NCBI GenBank assembly: GCA_003568945.1
Contig: BDIP01000032.1
Coordinates: forward strand, 1 to 40,908
Reading direction: 5' to 3'
DNA from: Kipferlia bialata
Lineage: Eukaryota
DNA length: 40,908 bases
A program made the translations under genes and the position numbers. Positions 26,375 to 40,907 of this stretch are shown in pieces (position 1 is the first letter of the stretch; each line of letters opens with the position of its first letter). The notes under the pieces are model-generated. The model searched no databases and had not been told where the DNA came from. It was given only the letters and a program-made list of their open reading frames with translations.

Positions 26375-29300
26375 ATGCCACCGGAAGGCATTGAGTTGCC
26401 GTATACCGCGGGTACCCTGGTAGTTGAAGAGAGGGAGAGCAGAGAATGTGTGGGGACTCTAGACGACAGAGGGTCAGGGCATGAGCGTATCTTTCTCTCT
26501 GAGTGTGCACAACCTCCTGAGGAGGGAGGGGGAGTTGGAGAGAGCACTAATACACCCACTGTTGATGAGTGTGTAACGAATGTGCAGCAGGAAGCGGATA
26601 TGACAGTGTGTAAGTGTGATGATACATCTGAGAGAGAGGGAGAGAGAGAGAGGCTTCAGACACTCTCAGCACCCTCCAGTGATGCAGACACTCAGACGAT
26701 GAGGTCAGATATACTCTCTCTTGTTTCTAACACCTTCAATGTCACCCCCCTCCCCCCTTCCTTTCTCTTCCTATATCAAGAGCAGGATATTTGACTCTCT
26801 GTCATCAATACCCCTTGCTCCTCATCCTAGGGACGTAGATGCCCATCTCATCCACTGTGTATCCACGGGGGATGACATTGTGCAGTACCTTGTTGAGATA
26901 GAGACCTCTCTATCCGAGTGTACAGGTGCGTAGTGTATTCATATGGATTCCTACTCTAACTTGGAAGCTCACTCAGGTCCACTTACCTCATCCCCCTCTG
27001 TCAAGTCCTCTCTCTCTCTCTCTAACAATATATATATCTACCTCTCTCTATCTCACCCAAGACCACCTGCCCCCCACCCCCTCACCCTCCGGTGGTGAGA
27101 TATGTTCCCGCCTTATGAAGACTGTACACAGACTTGTACAGGAGCCACACAATTGGGACGTGGTGCAGAGGTATATTATGCAATAGTGTATATAAATATA
27201 CAAATATGTATACGTGTAAGTGTGTGTATATATGGTACTTGTACCTGGGCCACACAACTGCGACATGGTGCAGAAGTATATATAGTTCATGGTATGGTGG
27301 CTGTGATACATCAATTAGTGTACATATATATGTGCGTATATATATGTTTGTGTATATATGTATAGATATGACTCCTCTTGCATCTACTCCAACTTTGACT
27401 TGACTATATTTCAGATCCTCAATATGAAGTTCATATTATGAACCCTACTCACCTTCAGTATCCTAGAGATCCTGACACGCCTTGCTGAGAGCAACACTCT
27501 CGTGGGAACAGGTATGACACGGTTCTTTTGGGCACCTACTTCCTTTAGAGTCTATCATAGCATTTCTGTTCTCTATATATTCAATTCTAAGTCTATATAT
27601 TGTATATATACTGGATAGGATATACACTTCTCTTCTATTTATTTCGGTCAGTGACAAGTTGTCACTGGGTGCTCTCTTTGTGCGTTCATATAGTCTCAAA
27701 TGTCCACCAGATATAGTGCCGCAATGTACTGTAATATGTATGTATCTGCGTTATCTACGCTTAACCCCCAGAGAGGAGTGGGGTTACCACCAAGGAGGTC
27801 ACATATGCCCAATATCTACTAGATGCAGGTAGAGTAACACATTATAAGACTAGATATGCCTCAAACACCATCATGGCTATTCACTGGTGTTCTAGAAACC
27901 TACATATGTGCTCTGGTATCCTTTGGAAGTTTGATCATATATCCCACGTATGGCGTTGCTGTTGGTGGTGTTTGTGTCCCCCCTCTCACTACCAGGTGTC
28001 AGTGACTGTCTGCAACAGGTACTGGACGCTGTTGCTGCCGAGGGTCTGTACTTGAACGGCCTTGACCCTATGAGGGGCATGGGTCTGGATACAGATGGTA
28101 CTGAATCTCAGTCAACATCAGAAGAGAGGGAGGGAGAGGGTGGTCCAGTGTCTCTATCTTCTGCAGAGACCAACACACTGCAGGACGGGGTCAGTGACGT
28201 GTCTGGTGTACGTGACGCTCTCACCAGTGGAGATGGAAACATGACAAGAGAGGGAGAGGGAGAGGGAGGGTGGGAGGGTGAGGAGGTGAAGACTGACGCT
28301 GAGAACCAAGAGCCTGAGAAGGTGTCTTCTACAGCTAGTGAGGGAGACAGAGTGGAAGACGGAGAGTGGGACAGGGATACCTCACCAACCTACGAAGATC
28401 TTCTCTCGTCCAAGTTCCAGGCTCTAAAGGTACCACCTTCTACACTGACCACTGTCTGGTTCCTCTTGTACTTATAGAGGGACGTATTTGTCAAGTGAGT
28501 AGTATGACCTCAGGTTGTCTCTAGTCAAGTAGCCAGGTACCGTGTCCTTGCCATTGAAAGGGGCGCTGCAGTTGCCCCAGACCACTCCCAGCAGACATCG
28601 ACCAAGACTGGTGTGGATACCAAGAGCAAGGCTCTATCAACTGTGTGTGGGGATCACTCTCTAGTGCAGCAGAGAGAGGCACTAGCAGCAATATCTGAGG
28701 CTGCTCTACAGCTGGGTATCTGTGTCATGAGACGGACACCTAGCTCCAGCCACCAGAGGCTGTTTGACGATGGTATCCTGTCCGCACTCCTGTCTGTGGC
28801 AGAGACATGTCTAGAGGTATATATATATTATCTATATTATATGAAAACCAGGTAGTTATATACATTATATATATAATGCGTATACCAGGTAGATATATAT
28901 ATTCACATACCTAGCAATTACATGTATATGTAAACGAAATTCGTTTAACGAATCCATTCCTAGACACCTCTACATGATTAAAGGCACTCTCTCTCATGTC
29001 AGGTTGTGCCCTCTGTCGCTCGGTTCACAAGACTTCTCCTTGTGAGTGGTGAGTGACTGTCCACTATTGGTCCATGCTATGATACAAGCTATTTTTCTGC
29101 ATACTCTTCCTACTCACCACTAGATAGCTCAATCGACCAGGGTACCCTGCGCCCTGATTTCCTTCCCCTGCTAGAGAGGTGTGTAATATTCCTCCTAGTG
29201 ATATCTCTCTGATGCGACAGGATACGTCATTCAAACACTTTTGTCTCACGTAGGATTGTGCCCAAGCCGCAGTCTGCTGAGTACTGGACAGCGTGGAGCA

Positions 29301-31762
29301 CCAATGTCTACAGAGCCATGACTCTCCAGTGCCTCAAGAGTGCACTCAGCAGAGGTAAGGAGAGGGATAATGTATCAACACTATGGTCATCACACTACCC
29401 ACTGTGAGTGCGTCTCCACAGAAACTATTGTCTAATCCACAGACTCTGTGACAAAAGAGGGCTGCCTCTCCCTGCTGACTGGGCCCCACAACCTACATGG
29501 CCTCCTCTACCCCATTGTCAAGACACCCACCACAGAGGCATCATCATCATACGGGTCAGGGGCACTGCAGGTATGTGACTTGTGTAGCTTGGTGTTATTT
29601 CATAGTAGAGGTATTTCTGTCGGGGAAGTGTGTTATCGGGATACATGTGATTACTTTTGTGTATATGCCTGATTAACTTTCAGATGCAAGCAGAGGCCAC
29701 CTATGTGTTGCGGATCCTGGCCAGCAAGAGTAAGTGTTTATCTATCTCCCACACTCTGTGTATCTTTCTCTCACTCTGTATGTCTCTCTCTCTGTATGTA
29801 TATGTGTTATACCCTGTGATAGGTAACTCTCTGTCTCATATTCAGTTGAGCCGAGTCAGACCCTTGGTCTCCTCCAGCCCCTCATCCCACCTCTTGCCAC
29901 AGCTCTCCAGGTGGGAGTATCTAATGAGTGTCAGTATCAGTACTAGTATTAGTAATAGTATCAGCCATAGTGTCAGAGTAGTATCCGTATCCGTATTACT
30001 AATAGTACTTGTAATAGATATAGTATCAGACTAATATCAGTATTAGTACTATATATATATATATCACTGATCCAGGTGGGTGTTGTGGACGGAGTGAGCT
30101 CCAGACTGAGGGTGCTGCTCATTGACACCATCCTAGACACATGTGCACAGATCGTGGCTGCAGATGGTAGGGAGTCTATACTAATGAGTAAATCCCATGA
30201 CACTTCATTCTTCTCGTATGAATTATGTGGCTGACAACTTGTCATAGTTGTGGCGTGGTATAGAGCTAGGTCTTTCATTGCTTAGCGGTTAGATGACGTA
30301 GTACATACTGATTAGTTACCATTAGGGATAGATCTAACTCCCAGGGCTGGATCAGCCGTCACAGTACCACAAGTCCATACATGACGCCGTTGTTAAGGTG
30401 AGTCAGTCTCAATTCAATATCATCGTTGCACAATTTATAGACAGACATGTGCTAACACACTAGGTCCTGACGTGCTCCAAGCTGAATCGCTCCTCTCTTA
30501 GGATGTGTGCCACTCTGCTGTTCAACATGAGTGTGGTGGGAGGTGCGATATTGACAGACACCATACAAATATTGTATATCATATGGTATGACATGTGCAA
30601 GGTACAAGGTTGACACATTAATGTCTGCGTAATGTGTATCCATGTGTACATACATATTCTTTCGTTATAATAGCGTTCACATTCCCTTACACCAGAGTCC
30701 ATCTACCCCTCCCTCATATGTGACACCCGTACGGTCAAGGCCCTGGTCGCCAAGGTGAATAGTGTACACAACACTTCATGAAATCTCACGCTTTCTGTTA
30801 TGAGAGGTCATATTTCTGGAATCATCTACTCAATTGTATGCTTATCTCTCTCTAAGTTCATAGTATGCACAGACTTTCTGACCCACTACAGATCAAGTCA
30901 TCAAAGACCAGTTACCGTGAACTGGTCCCCATCTGGAGGCTGTTTGCTCTGTGGTCCGGAAACGGTATGGATATAGAGTATATATCATGGCTCAATAATG
31001 GAAATGAATTACAATATATTTTAGAGCCAAGTTGACTGAGTCAACTTACAACTCTATCAGTATGTGCATACCCATTTGTTGGACAAACTCGGATGACCTG
31101 TTCTCCCTATCCAATACTCTATCCACCCTAACGCAGAGTCCAACCGGGCCCAGATGGCATCCGTCAACATACAGCTCCACATAAACAAGTTGAGTATTCT
31201 ACATATATACAAGACAATATTGACTTAACGACAAACAGTGTTGGCAACACGATGAGTAGAGATAGTACATATGATAGGTTAGTAACCTAAGGTTACCGCG
31301 TATCTCTGTTCTGACACCCTAGGCAGATGGGTGTTGGAGCACGTCAGCGCTACGTGTCTAAGCACGGCCCTACTGGAGATGAGACCATGCTAGATGTCGG
31401 CAGCATATACAGGTATCATACAGTATTTGTCAATTGTCACTATAACCAGATACACTGGCACACACAGGCTCTTACACACATATGCTCAGTAATCCATATA
31501 GTATTGAAACAACGGCACTCACCACAGTGTCTCTCTGTCCCCCCAGGGCCATCAGATTGGGAGTGTCACTGGTACAGGACGTGTTGCCGGTTGGAGTGAG
31601 CTGTGCCACATTGGGACAAGGCTGGAGCAGTACTTCAAGGTAACTCATGTTTACGATAGATACCCCTTTGTACTAGCCGTGTCTAGCTTGAAGCGTCTCT
31701 CACATCAGTGGGTGGTACTGAGAACTGGGGAGGGCAACCTATCAGACTCAGATGAGGAATGA
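26375..31762 (+). CDS. Multi-exon hypothetical helical/ARM-like protein, paralog of 15352..21181, lacking the TM tail
   Basis: ATG at 26375, first exon ends QTMR|gt. Colinear similarity to gene 2: LVQEPHNWDVVQR, RLFDDGILSALLSVAE, LHGLLYPIVK...MQAEATYVLRILASK, PIWRLFALWSGN, ELCHIGTRLEQYFK|W, with several shared intron positions. Last exon WVVLRTGEGNLSDSDEE-TGA (31760-31762); this assumes the GTATTT donor at 31423. Confidence 0.7.
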
Positions 31763-32133
31763 GATGGCGCGCCCCAGCAGCCTGCTGGGCCAGCAGGTCA
31801 ACCTCCTAGTGGGAAGTTCCCACTCGGAACTGGATTGACAGAGACAGAGACAAGTGCTCCCTTGTGAGATTACACCAATAGGATTTTAGTAAAATCATTT
31901 TACACTCTTAATGAAGTAAATAGTTCGTATTCACTGAATACTATTCAGTGTATTCCAACCAAGTGAACACTGACTTCTAGCCACGATAGTGATGACGCTC
32001 TATATTGCTAGTGGGGAGGATACACACTCTTGAGTACTACACAGGTATATCCAGTATCCAGTCTTGGCTAAACTAAACATGATCGAAGACATACTAAATA
32101 GAAATAGGGAAAGTGGGGCGGATTCACATATCA

Positions 32134-32980
32134 CTATGGATCCTCCCTCTCAGAGTCTCTCTCTCTCCCGCTGTGTCTGTGATATGCGTCTGTGTCTCTC
32201 TCCCCCTCTACCTCTCTCTCTCCCGCTATGTGTGTGATATGAGTGTCACCCTCTCCCTCTCCCTCTCCCTCTCTCTCCCCCTCGGTGTCTCCCTCACTGG
32301 TATTGAGACATGCCAGCATGGCTGGGTCAGCCAGATCTACTGTATCCCACAGGGACCTGGGGGGTGAGAAGGACTACATGTATCTCACATGTGCCATAGT
32401 GTCCCAGAAGGATCTGAGGTCACACTGTCTCTATACTATATACAATTCCCAATATATACATCACTTACCTGTTGGTGTCTCTGGTATCCACCAGTGACTG
32501 CAGCAGAGTGTATCTCTCTCTCATTATATCAATATATATATCAATATAGAAATACATATATATACCATACCTGTTGGTGTCTATGGTATCCACCAGTGAC
32601 TGCAGCAGAGTGGCCAGTGGCGTGTCTGTATCACCAGACAGGGAGGGAGCGGGTGAGAGAGAGTGAGTGCTGGAAGTGCCAGACTCACCCTCTCTATCCA
32701 CCTCTCTCTCCCCCTCAATATATGGCCTAGAAGTATATGTCTCATCCACCTCTCTCTCTCCCTCTGCTACTGAAACACTAGTATCTGTCTCGGCATACAT
32801 TGCAAATGATGCTATGGAAGCGGCATACCGTCTGACAACATAGTCTATGAAGGAGACCTGAGATAAGTATACACAAGGGTGTAATTGAAAGTACATATCT
32901 ATACATTTATGGTACCTGGCACTGCCTGATACCCTCAGGGCCTTGGCCTCTATCTCTGAAGGAGCCCATCTGATAGTTAG

Positions 32981-33014
<34 letters not shown>

Positions 33015-33162
33015 TCTATCTCTGAAGGAGCCCATCTGAGGGTTAGAAACATATACCGAGAGGGACAGAAAGAGGGAGAGAGGAAGAGAGAGAGAGAGAG
33101 ACATATACAGTGTGTCCCTGAAGGAGCCCATCTGAGAGTCAGAAACATATATCAAGAGGGAC

Positions 33163-33206
<44 letters not shown>

Positions 33207-34699
33207 GTGTCTGTACCTGAAGGAGCCCATCTGAGGGTAGGAGGGGAGAAGCACATATACATAAATGCTATGATACCGTATTACGCTACCTTACTTTCTC
33301 ATCCCTACCTCCAGTCCATATGCCACTTCTAGGTCCCCTGTCCGATAGAACTCGGACATGACATTGAGAGAGTGGGTCTTGGCTATGGGGAAGGGTCTGA
33401 TAGTTAGGGTATATATAGGCACACTTAGAGAGAGAGAGAGAGAGAACTCAGACATGACATTGAGAGAGTGGGTCTTTGCGATGGAGTGGCATGATATTAG
33501 AAGACATATATTAATATATATATACTTATTGAGAGAGAGACAGAAAGAGCAAGAGAGAGAGAGAACTCAGACATGACATTGAGGGAGCGGGTCTTGGCAA
33601 TGAGGAAAGGTCTGATGGTTAGGCGAATAGAATACAAATATATATATGTGTAAATAGATAAAGAGACGCAATGTATATATATAGGTAACCAATAGAGTAT
33701 TTTCATACACACACCTTGCCGCGTTGCTGATGTCTGCCAGTCTCAATAGATATATAGTATTGTATATATATATACCTATATATATGAATATATATATATA
33801 TATACCTAGCTGCGTTGCTGATGTCTGCCAGTCTCATGCTTCCAAGCATTGATATAACACTCACTATACAATGGATCTATAACATTGTATATGTATATCC
33901 TATATATATGAATATATACATATATATACCTAGCTGCATTGCTGATGTCTGCCAGTCTCATGATGCCTGACAGCAGTACCTCCTGGCACTCCAGGAAGGG
34001 GGTGTCTAGAGGGTGAGACACCAGTGATATTGATATCAATATGACACTCCATATACGTATATCATACGTACTCTCTGCATGTCCCTTAGATAGGGCATCC
34101 ATGGCATCACAGCTGGCAAAGACAGTCTGGGGGTGAATACATACATACCCATTCGCCGAATATTATTACCATTACTATTATTCACACATTTGTGTACACA
34201 TGTATATACACGTACCCTGGGATCTGTTGCCAGCACCAGCCCCTGGAAGAGTGTCTCACATGTCACTCTATCATCATCGGGTAGGTCATCAAACACGCTG
34301 AAGTATCTGGGGTTAATGAGATACACTATATGACAAGATCTTGAATGGCCGTTGGTTATCGCTGAATGTTGGTATACACTCTTACCTTAGAACATATGCC
34401 CCCAGCATCGAGTGGTACTGTTCCAGGGTGGCCTGACTCCCAAACAGGTGGTACAGAGGGTGTCTGGTATTAGGATGTAGAGGGAGAGGGAGAAGAATTT
34501 GGTACAGGGGGTGTCTGGCATGAAAGGGTGGTGAGTCATATATAGTATATGTGACAGTATAATACTGATGTAACAGTAGAGTAATGTATACACGGCCTAG
34601 TAGTAATGAATCAGTTGTATAGTCTCACCTGATGTTTGTGAGCAGGTCCGATGTGACACCAACGTGCTCAACGTCATGGGCAGCAGCTGACATAAGGGT

Positions 34700-34738
<39 letters not shown>

Positions 34739-37700
34739 CTCCACATCATGGGCAGCCGCTGGGAATTGGAGGTCTCTGTATACACATGGAGACACTGACG
34801 CACTGAATTACAGGCAGCAGCTAGCACACGGGCGTAGAGAGAGATATATACATAGTCGGCATTATTGGTATGATAAGATGTGTATGTGCGAGACTGGAAG
34901 GTTACAAAGAGAGAAAAACATACGTCAATGGTATCAGGTGGCTATACAGTGTAATTTATGTATATATACATTTACATATTAATTGAATACACTCTGATAT
35001 ATACGATTGCGGATGCACACACATATTCATTTGTGTATACATATGAATCCATATACATTCATACCTGCAAGAAGCATGACCCCCACCACTATGGGAGGCG
35101 CCAGGGTCTGACCACGCTCTGGGGGGTGAGAGGAAGAATACTTCAAATACTACATCAAAGCAATAGGATAAACTGAATAGGATGATGACACTTATACATA
35201 TATACCACTATATACCTGTCCTTCTGAGCCTGTCCATTGATACTTATACTATATATACCACACAGGAATATATGTATGTATATATACCTGTCCTTCTGAG
35301 TCTGTCCAGCATGACTGCCACCATCTGCATCACATCCACGGCATGGGTACTTGGGGTTAGTACACACACACACATACATATATATTCATACCTAGTAATA
35401 TGTAACTGTATATATATATATATATAATTGTACTGCCACCATCTGACTCACATCAACGGCATGGGTGCTGGGGTGAGATATATGCACATATATTGGTATA
35501 TATTCAACTAAGTATATATATATTCAACTAACTACTATAGAGACATAACTGTTGCTACATGGTACCTGTTGTGGTATGTGGGCTGGCCAGAGTCACTGTA
35601 CATCCTCTGGAACTGCATGAGAGCGGCAGTGAACCTATGGTTAAGTAAGATGTACGGATACATATGTGTAATGGATCTAATAGAGCAGGAAAGGACCCAT
35701 ACCTATACCATTGGTAATAGATGGCTGAAGGGACAATACCTGGAACTGCATATATTATATGTATACACACATATACACATATATATATACCATGTACTCT
35801 GTACCAACGTACCTGTTGAGTGATACCACCCCCTCCAGACTGAAGTGTGTGTGGCACAGATACCCCAGATAGGCAAGGGAGTCTCGCCGGTGGGACCTGA
35901 GGTTTAACCGTATATATATCTCATATATACAATAGTATTCTGTATGCAAGAGCATGTCGGAATCCATAGGAGTTGGATCATTCGTCATGTTCACAAATCA
36001 ACCACAACCGGTATATACTCTACCTGCCTCCATGTACATAGAGAGTAACATCCGAAACACTATAATGAACACTGAAATAGAGGGTATGTATATTCTATAC
36101 CTCTTCCATGCGTGTGCATCAAAGTCAGGTGACAGGAACTCAGGTACAGTGTCTGAGGGTGCAGCAGAGGGACAGGAGGGTGGTAGTGGGTTGCAGTTAG
36201 CATCTCTGGCATCCTCTGTCTCTCCTCTCTCTATGGATTGTGTGGATTGTGTAGGGCACTCTGCGATGGAGGCAAGTGACAGGTCAGAGCCAGCCAGACC
36301 AGATGACCTCAGCTTGAAGCGCCTGGAGGTTATTGTACTTAGACATATATATATAGAGATACATATACTTATGATCTGCACGTGAATATATACGATGTCA
36401 CACACGAGAATGCTACGTTTGTGCAAAATAGAAACAGAGTATACGATAGTGTGTTGACTACCTCCATGGGTGTCACAAAGACACACACATCGATTATTGA
36501 ACCATTCTATCATATGGTGTATCAATATATATTGGAAAGTGTGTGAATAGTATCTGGTACCTAAGTGTGTTGAGCACTTCCATGGGTGTCACAAAGACAG
36601 ACCGACCAGACACAGAGGGGTTGCCTGGTGTGAGTGTAATATCCATATACGTCTTCACTCACTACTATAGTCGATAGTTCCAAACAGAATGTATATACTT
36701 ATACACAAGTTACACTGACTTATGGATGAAGTGGAGGTAAGAACGCTTGATGTATACCTTCTGCTGACAGACCCTGCAGCACCTCAAAGAGAGACCCAAG
36801 CTGAGGGTGAGAGATACATGATGGCGGTTCCAAATACATCATTGACTTCCCCCCCTGCCCCTCTATCACATTGTCACATATACATATATATATATATATG
36901 TAGAGAGACCCAAGCTGAGGGTGAGGGGGATGCTGATGTACGTATATTATGTTACACACGTAAGCACAAATGTATGTTATATGTTGTTATACAAAGAAAT
37001 TCTAATATATATGCGTTCAAGATAGTATCCATACCCCTTGTCCCTCCATCCTGTTTATGGGTCCATCACAGCCCACCCTGGCAGACCAGACACTGCTGGT
37101 GCCTAAGATGAGGTATTCAAGTATTAATGCTAATGAATACGTCAATACAATGTACAGGATACATACATAATCACAGCCCACCCTGGCAGACCAGACACTG
37201 CTGGTGCCTGGTGTTAGACAGTTAATATATATATATCAATATATTAATATACACATATATATGATACTCAATATGTGTCCATCAATATTGAATGACACCC
37301 ATCTGTAACTACTATACCTGACGGTACAACGGGACCCAATGAGCCACTGTTGCTGTGCCTGGGGGTCAGATATAGAATATTGTCTCGAATTGAATGAGTA
37401 CATGTATACGTACTAACTGTCCTTACTCAGAAGAACTACCACGTACACATATATACACCCATCCATACATATGTATATATACACACAGATGTATATAGAT
37501 GTGTACTATAGATAGATATACCTCCCCGATGACCCCGAGACAGCACTGGCCTGCATCGAGAGCCTGCCTGGGGGTAGATAATATATATGTATATATACAT
37601 ATATACATATATACATATATACATATATACATACTAACACTTAAAACACTGTGCATTTAGTATTCACATGGAGGATTAGGAAATACAATAGAGTACTCCA

Positions 37701-40700
37701 CGTCATAGAGTGATAGGGTATATATGTATAGTTCCTATAGCTTGTACGTGCGAGAATATGTACTCTGTCCGTGACACAGTTATACTACATGTTAACCATA
37801 CTATAGTATACACATATCCACGCACCCTGTCCGTGTGAGAAGACACTCGATGCATCAGTAGACAGCTATACTACATATACACTATACTACATTTTCACTA
37901 TACTAGAGTATATACGTACCCTGTCCGTGTGAGAACACACTCGATGCATCCGAGGAGTGGCTGGTGGAGGTGGCTGGGGGTGAGAGTGAATATAACAGTA
38001 TATGTAATGATAGAGTATAGTCACTCCATACAGGTATATCCTATACCCCTATATAGAATATATACGTATTCTATACAGAGACGGAGGAGTGGCTGGTGGA
38101 GGTGGCTGGCGATCAGGGTATGTATTCGACAACATATGAACATATATGTAACATACTTGAGGAGTGGCGGTGGGGATGGTATACATATATAGTGACATAT
38201 ACATAGTGTTCCACACCTGAGTGCCGGTTGGGCAGCAGTGGATCTCTGTACTCCTTGGGCCTAGGGGTGAATGGAGAAGCAAAGAGACCAATAACAAGCT
38301 CTTTCTACAATTATGTACATGTATACCCACAATTAGTAAGTTGGACTCACCCATCCTCAATAATAAAAGTAAATATATTGAATATAGAAAATACTATATA
38401 TATATATATATATTCATACCTAGTTGATATATAGTAGCATATTTATACCTGGTTGGAGTCTTGCCCCCAATAGGAGTATCCATGGCATTATGTGCCTGTA
38501 TTCCCACAGTACCCAAGTCGGACTCGTCAATAATAGTATTTATAGTATCAGAATATTTACCTAGTTGGAGTCTTGCCCCCAGGAGTATCCATGGCCAGTG
38601 TGTTGGGTGGCAGTCTCTCTCTCTCCCTCCCTTCACCCTTTTGTAGGGCCTCCCCTCTCACTGACTCAGAGCCAGGTGGTGTGTAGGGGGCTCTTGAGGT
38701 TAAAGTACTGACTATAAATATGGAACAAATATACATCTACAGTACACACTATATAAAAGCCAATATGCACATGCTTACTGAGAGTATCTACCTATAGTAG
38801 AGGTCCCTCCCGTTCTCGTGTGTCACCTTGCCCCAGTCAATCTTGCTAGGGGGTGAGTGTATTGGTAATAACTCATATAAAGATGTGGCTAGGGGGTGAG
38901 AGTAGCCCCATATATATAGGAGAGGCACAAAGATAGCCAGATGAGAGAGTTTAAGTACATAAAGATCCGTCAATGTATCTATATACCTAGTCTCCGGGAG
39001 TATGACTGAGGATGAGTAGCTGGCCAGGAGGGTCCTCTCTGGACGTGTACCCTCTCCCTTCCCTCCCTCTCTCTCTGTGTCATGTGCCTCTGTACACGTG
39101 TCAGTCTCAGTGTAGATGACCTAAGGATGAGGGCCACTACTACTACATGATTTTTAACACACAGTCTAAATACAAATATGTCTCATACAAATATCTAATC
39201 ACCTCCCTATCCTCCTGATCATTCCATCCCTTCTCCAGATCTAGCAACTCATATGTGTATATGCATCATATACCTATACATTAGAATATATGAATACCTC
39301 TCTATCAGCGTCCTGTCCCTTCTCCAGTGGTGACCCTGACCCAGCGACTGATAGAGAGAGAGACAGACGGGATATGTCGGAGAAGGTGGAGGGGGAACCA
39401 AGGAGAGCCCTGACAGGTCAATAGTGAATCTAGATATATATACGTAAATATAATTACTATATATATAGAGAGAGAGGGGGGACATCTCGGAGAAGAGGGG
39501 GAGCCCTGACAAGTGAGATAGATGATTCAATGAATATTGTCTCATACCTGTAGAGAGAGAGGATAATATACCAGTGATCTACTAATAGTCATTCATATGC
39601 GGGTACCTGGATGGCCTGAGTGGATCCCCTCCTAGATAAGAACTGAATCTGAGGTTGCCTGGAGGGTCAGAAACAAGCATACTTCTGGTAACCGAAGTTA
39701 TGAATAGAGTATATTTATAGTATATATATATATACATGATCATGCATGATGCCTCACTACATAGATATATACACACACAACCACATATGATATACAATTG
39801 ATATATATATATGTATATATATCTATCAACCACTATACCTGATGCCTCACTGCCTGGACATGACAGCAGCATGGTGGCCTGTCCGGAGTGGCTGGGGGAT
39901 CAGAGGAGGATAGGTATAGGTATAGTGAGATATACACTAGGAACCTAAGGTGACACATAGGTCTGACACTTCATATAATTACTGGCGATACCTTCCCAAT
40001 GTGTGGTGTCTCCTAGCTGGGGAGAGAGCGTCCTCCTCACTATCTGTGTCCTGGGGATAAATTACACACACACACATATATATATTGCGTGTGTGTATGT
40101 GACCACCTCCCCCTCTGTCTCATATACTACCACTGAACATGTGTATATGTATATGTGTACATATATACGTGTGTGTGTATATGCACCCACCTCCTCTGAC
40201 TCCCCCTCTGTCTCATAGACAGTGCCGTACACACCCAGCACATTGGATGAACAATAATGCCGATTATCCCACACTCTCACTCTCCCTAGGTGACTAACCA
40301 CTCACCGGTTATGCTACCAGTGTCTGAATCAGGTGACATACACACCCAGGGTTTCGTGTGAATCCAGCTATATCACAGTGACGTATGAACGGTGTTGGAC
40401 TAAACTTTTTGGTTTGACCCTTTTAACACATCCAGCCGACCATGTCAACTGTCTGCATACCTCTATTTGGAACACCTTTCGAATCACAATAGACAAGTAT
40501 CCATTTCTCTCCTCCTAACCTTGTCTATAATACGTCGGGGGCAGAAACCAAGAATTATCAATAGCGCTGATATGGACGTATCTTACTCGTTACTCTCATC
40601 ATCCTCAGAGGTGGGTGCTTCAGAATACTCTTCAGAGTCTTCACCGAAGAGGTCACCCTCCTCTTCATCGGATGACTCAACTTCTGGACCCAGCCTCCCC

Positions 40701-40831
40701 CTCCTATCCTTGTCCCACTCCAATATCCTACCCCACCCCCTCTCCTCACTGGGGTAGAGTAGGGCGGGGTTGAGGGTGTAAAGGCCTGATACTGGCACAT
40801 CATCTCTGACAAACCCAGTCCCTAGGTTCAG
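32134..40831 (-). CDS. Class I 3',5'-cyclic nucleotide phosphodiesterase with a long N-terminal extension (5' end probably outside the window; structure above about 40290 uncertain)
   Basis: Phase-consistent minus-strand exons where checked (38693 down into the catalytic region), further coding-like exons to about 40831, stop TAG at 32136-32134. PDEase_I motifs appear in the correct order (see next feature). Confidence 0.85.
32790..36130 (-). other. PDEase_I catalytic domain region (spliced)
   Basis: TYHN|STHAVDVMQ (exons 35634-35566 and 35349-35288), AAAHDVEHVG (34686-34629), HPLYHLFGSQATLEQYH, LVLATD, RLADISNAAR (34005-33930), VMSEFYRTGDLE, Q|VSFIDYVV. These correspond to the canonical YHNxxH, HDxxHxG, LExxH, ATD, ADISN, EFxxxGD and invariant-Q motifs. 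Confidence 0.92.
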
Positions 40832-40853
40832 CTTCAGTGTGTAAAATATATAT

Positions 40854-40907
<54 letters not shown>
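40854..40907 (+). repeat. (GA)n microsatellite, i.e. (CT)n on the sense strand of a probable PDE intron
   Basis: Read directly at the window end. Confidence 0.95.

Noticed and set aside
31400..31640. Frameshift or pseudogenisation near the end of gene 4
   Set aside because: Using the GTATTT donor at 31423 restores the frame homologous to gene 2.
36100..36150. COG/exocyst/Vps51-like motif (SPDFDAHAW)
   Set aside because: It lies just upstream of clear PDEase motifs and fits the start of the PDE catalytic region.
53..40812. Most ORF-track entries rich in YI/IY, SL or ER repeats
   Set aside because: They are translations of (TA)n and (CT)n microsatellites or antisense frames of real exons.
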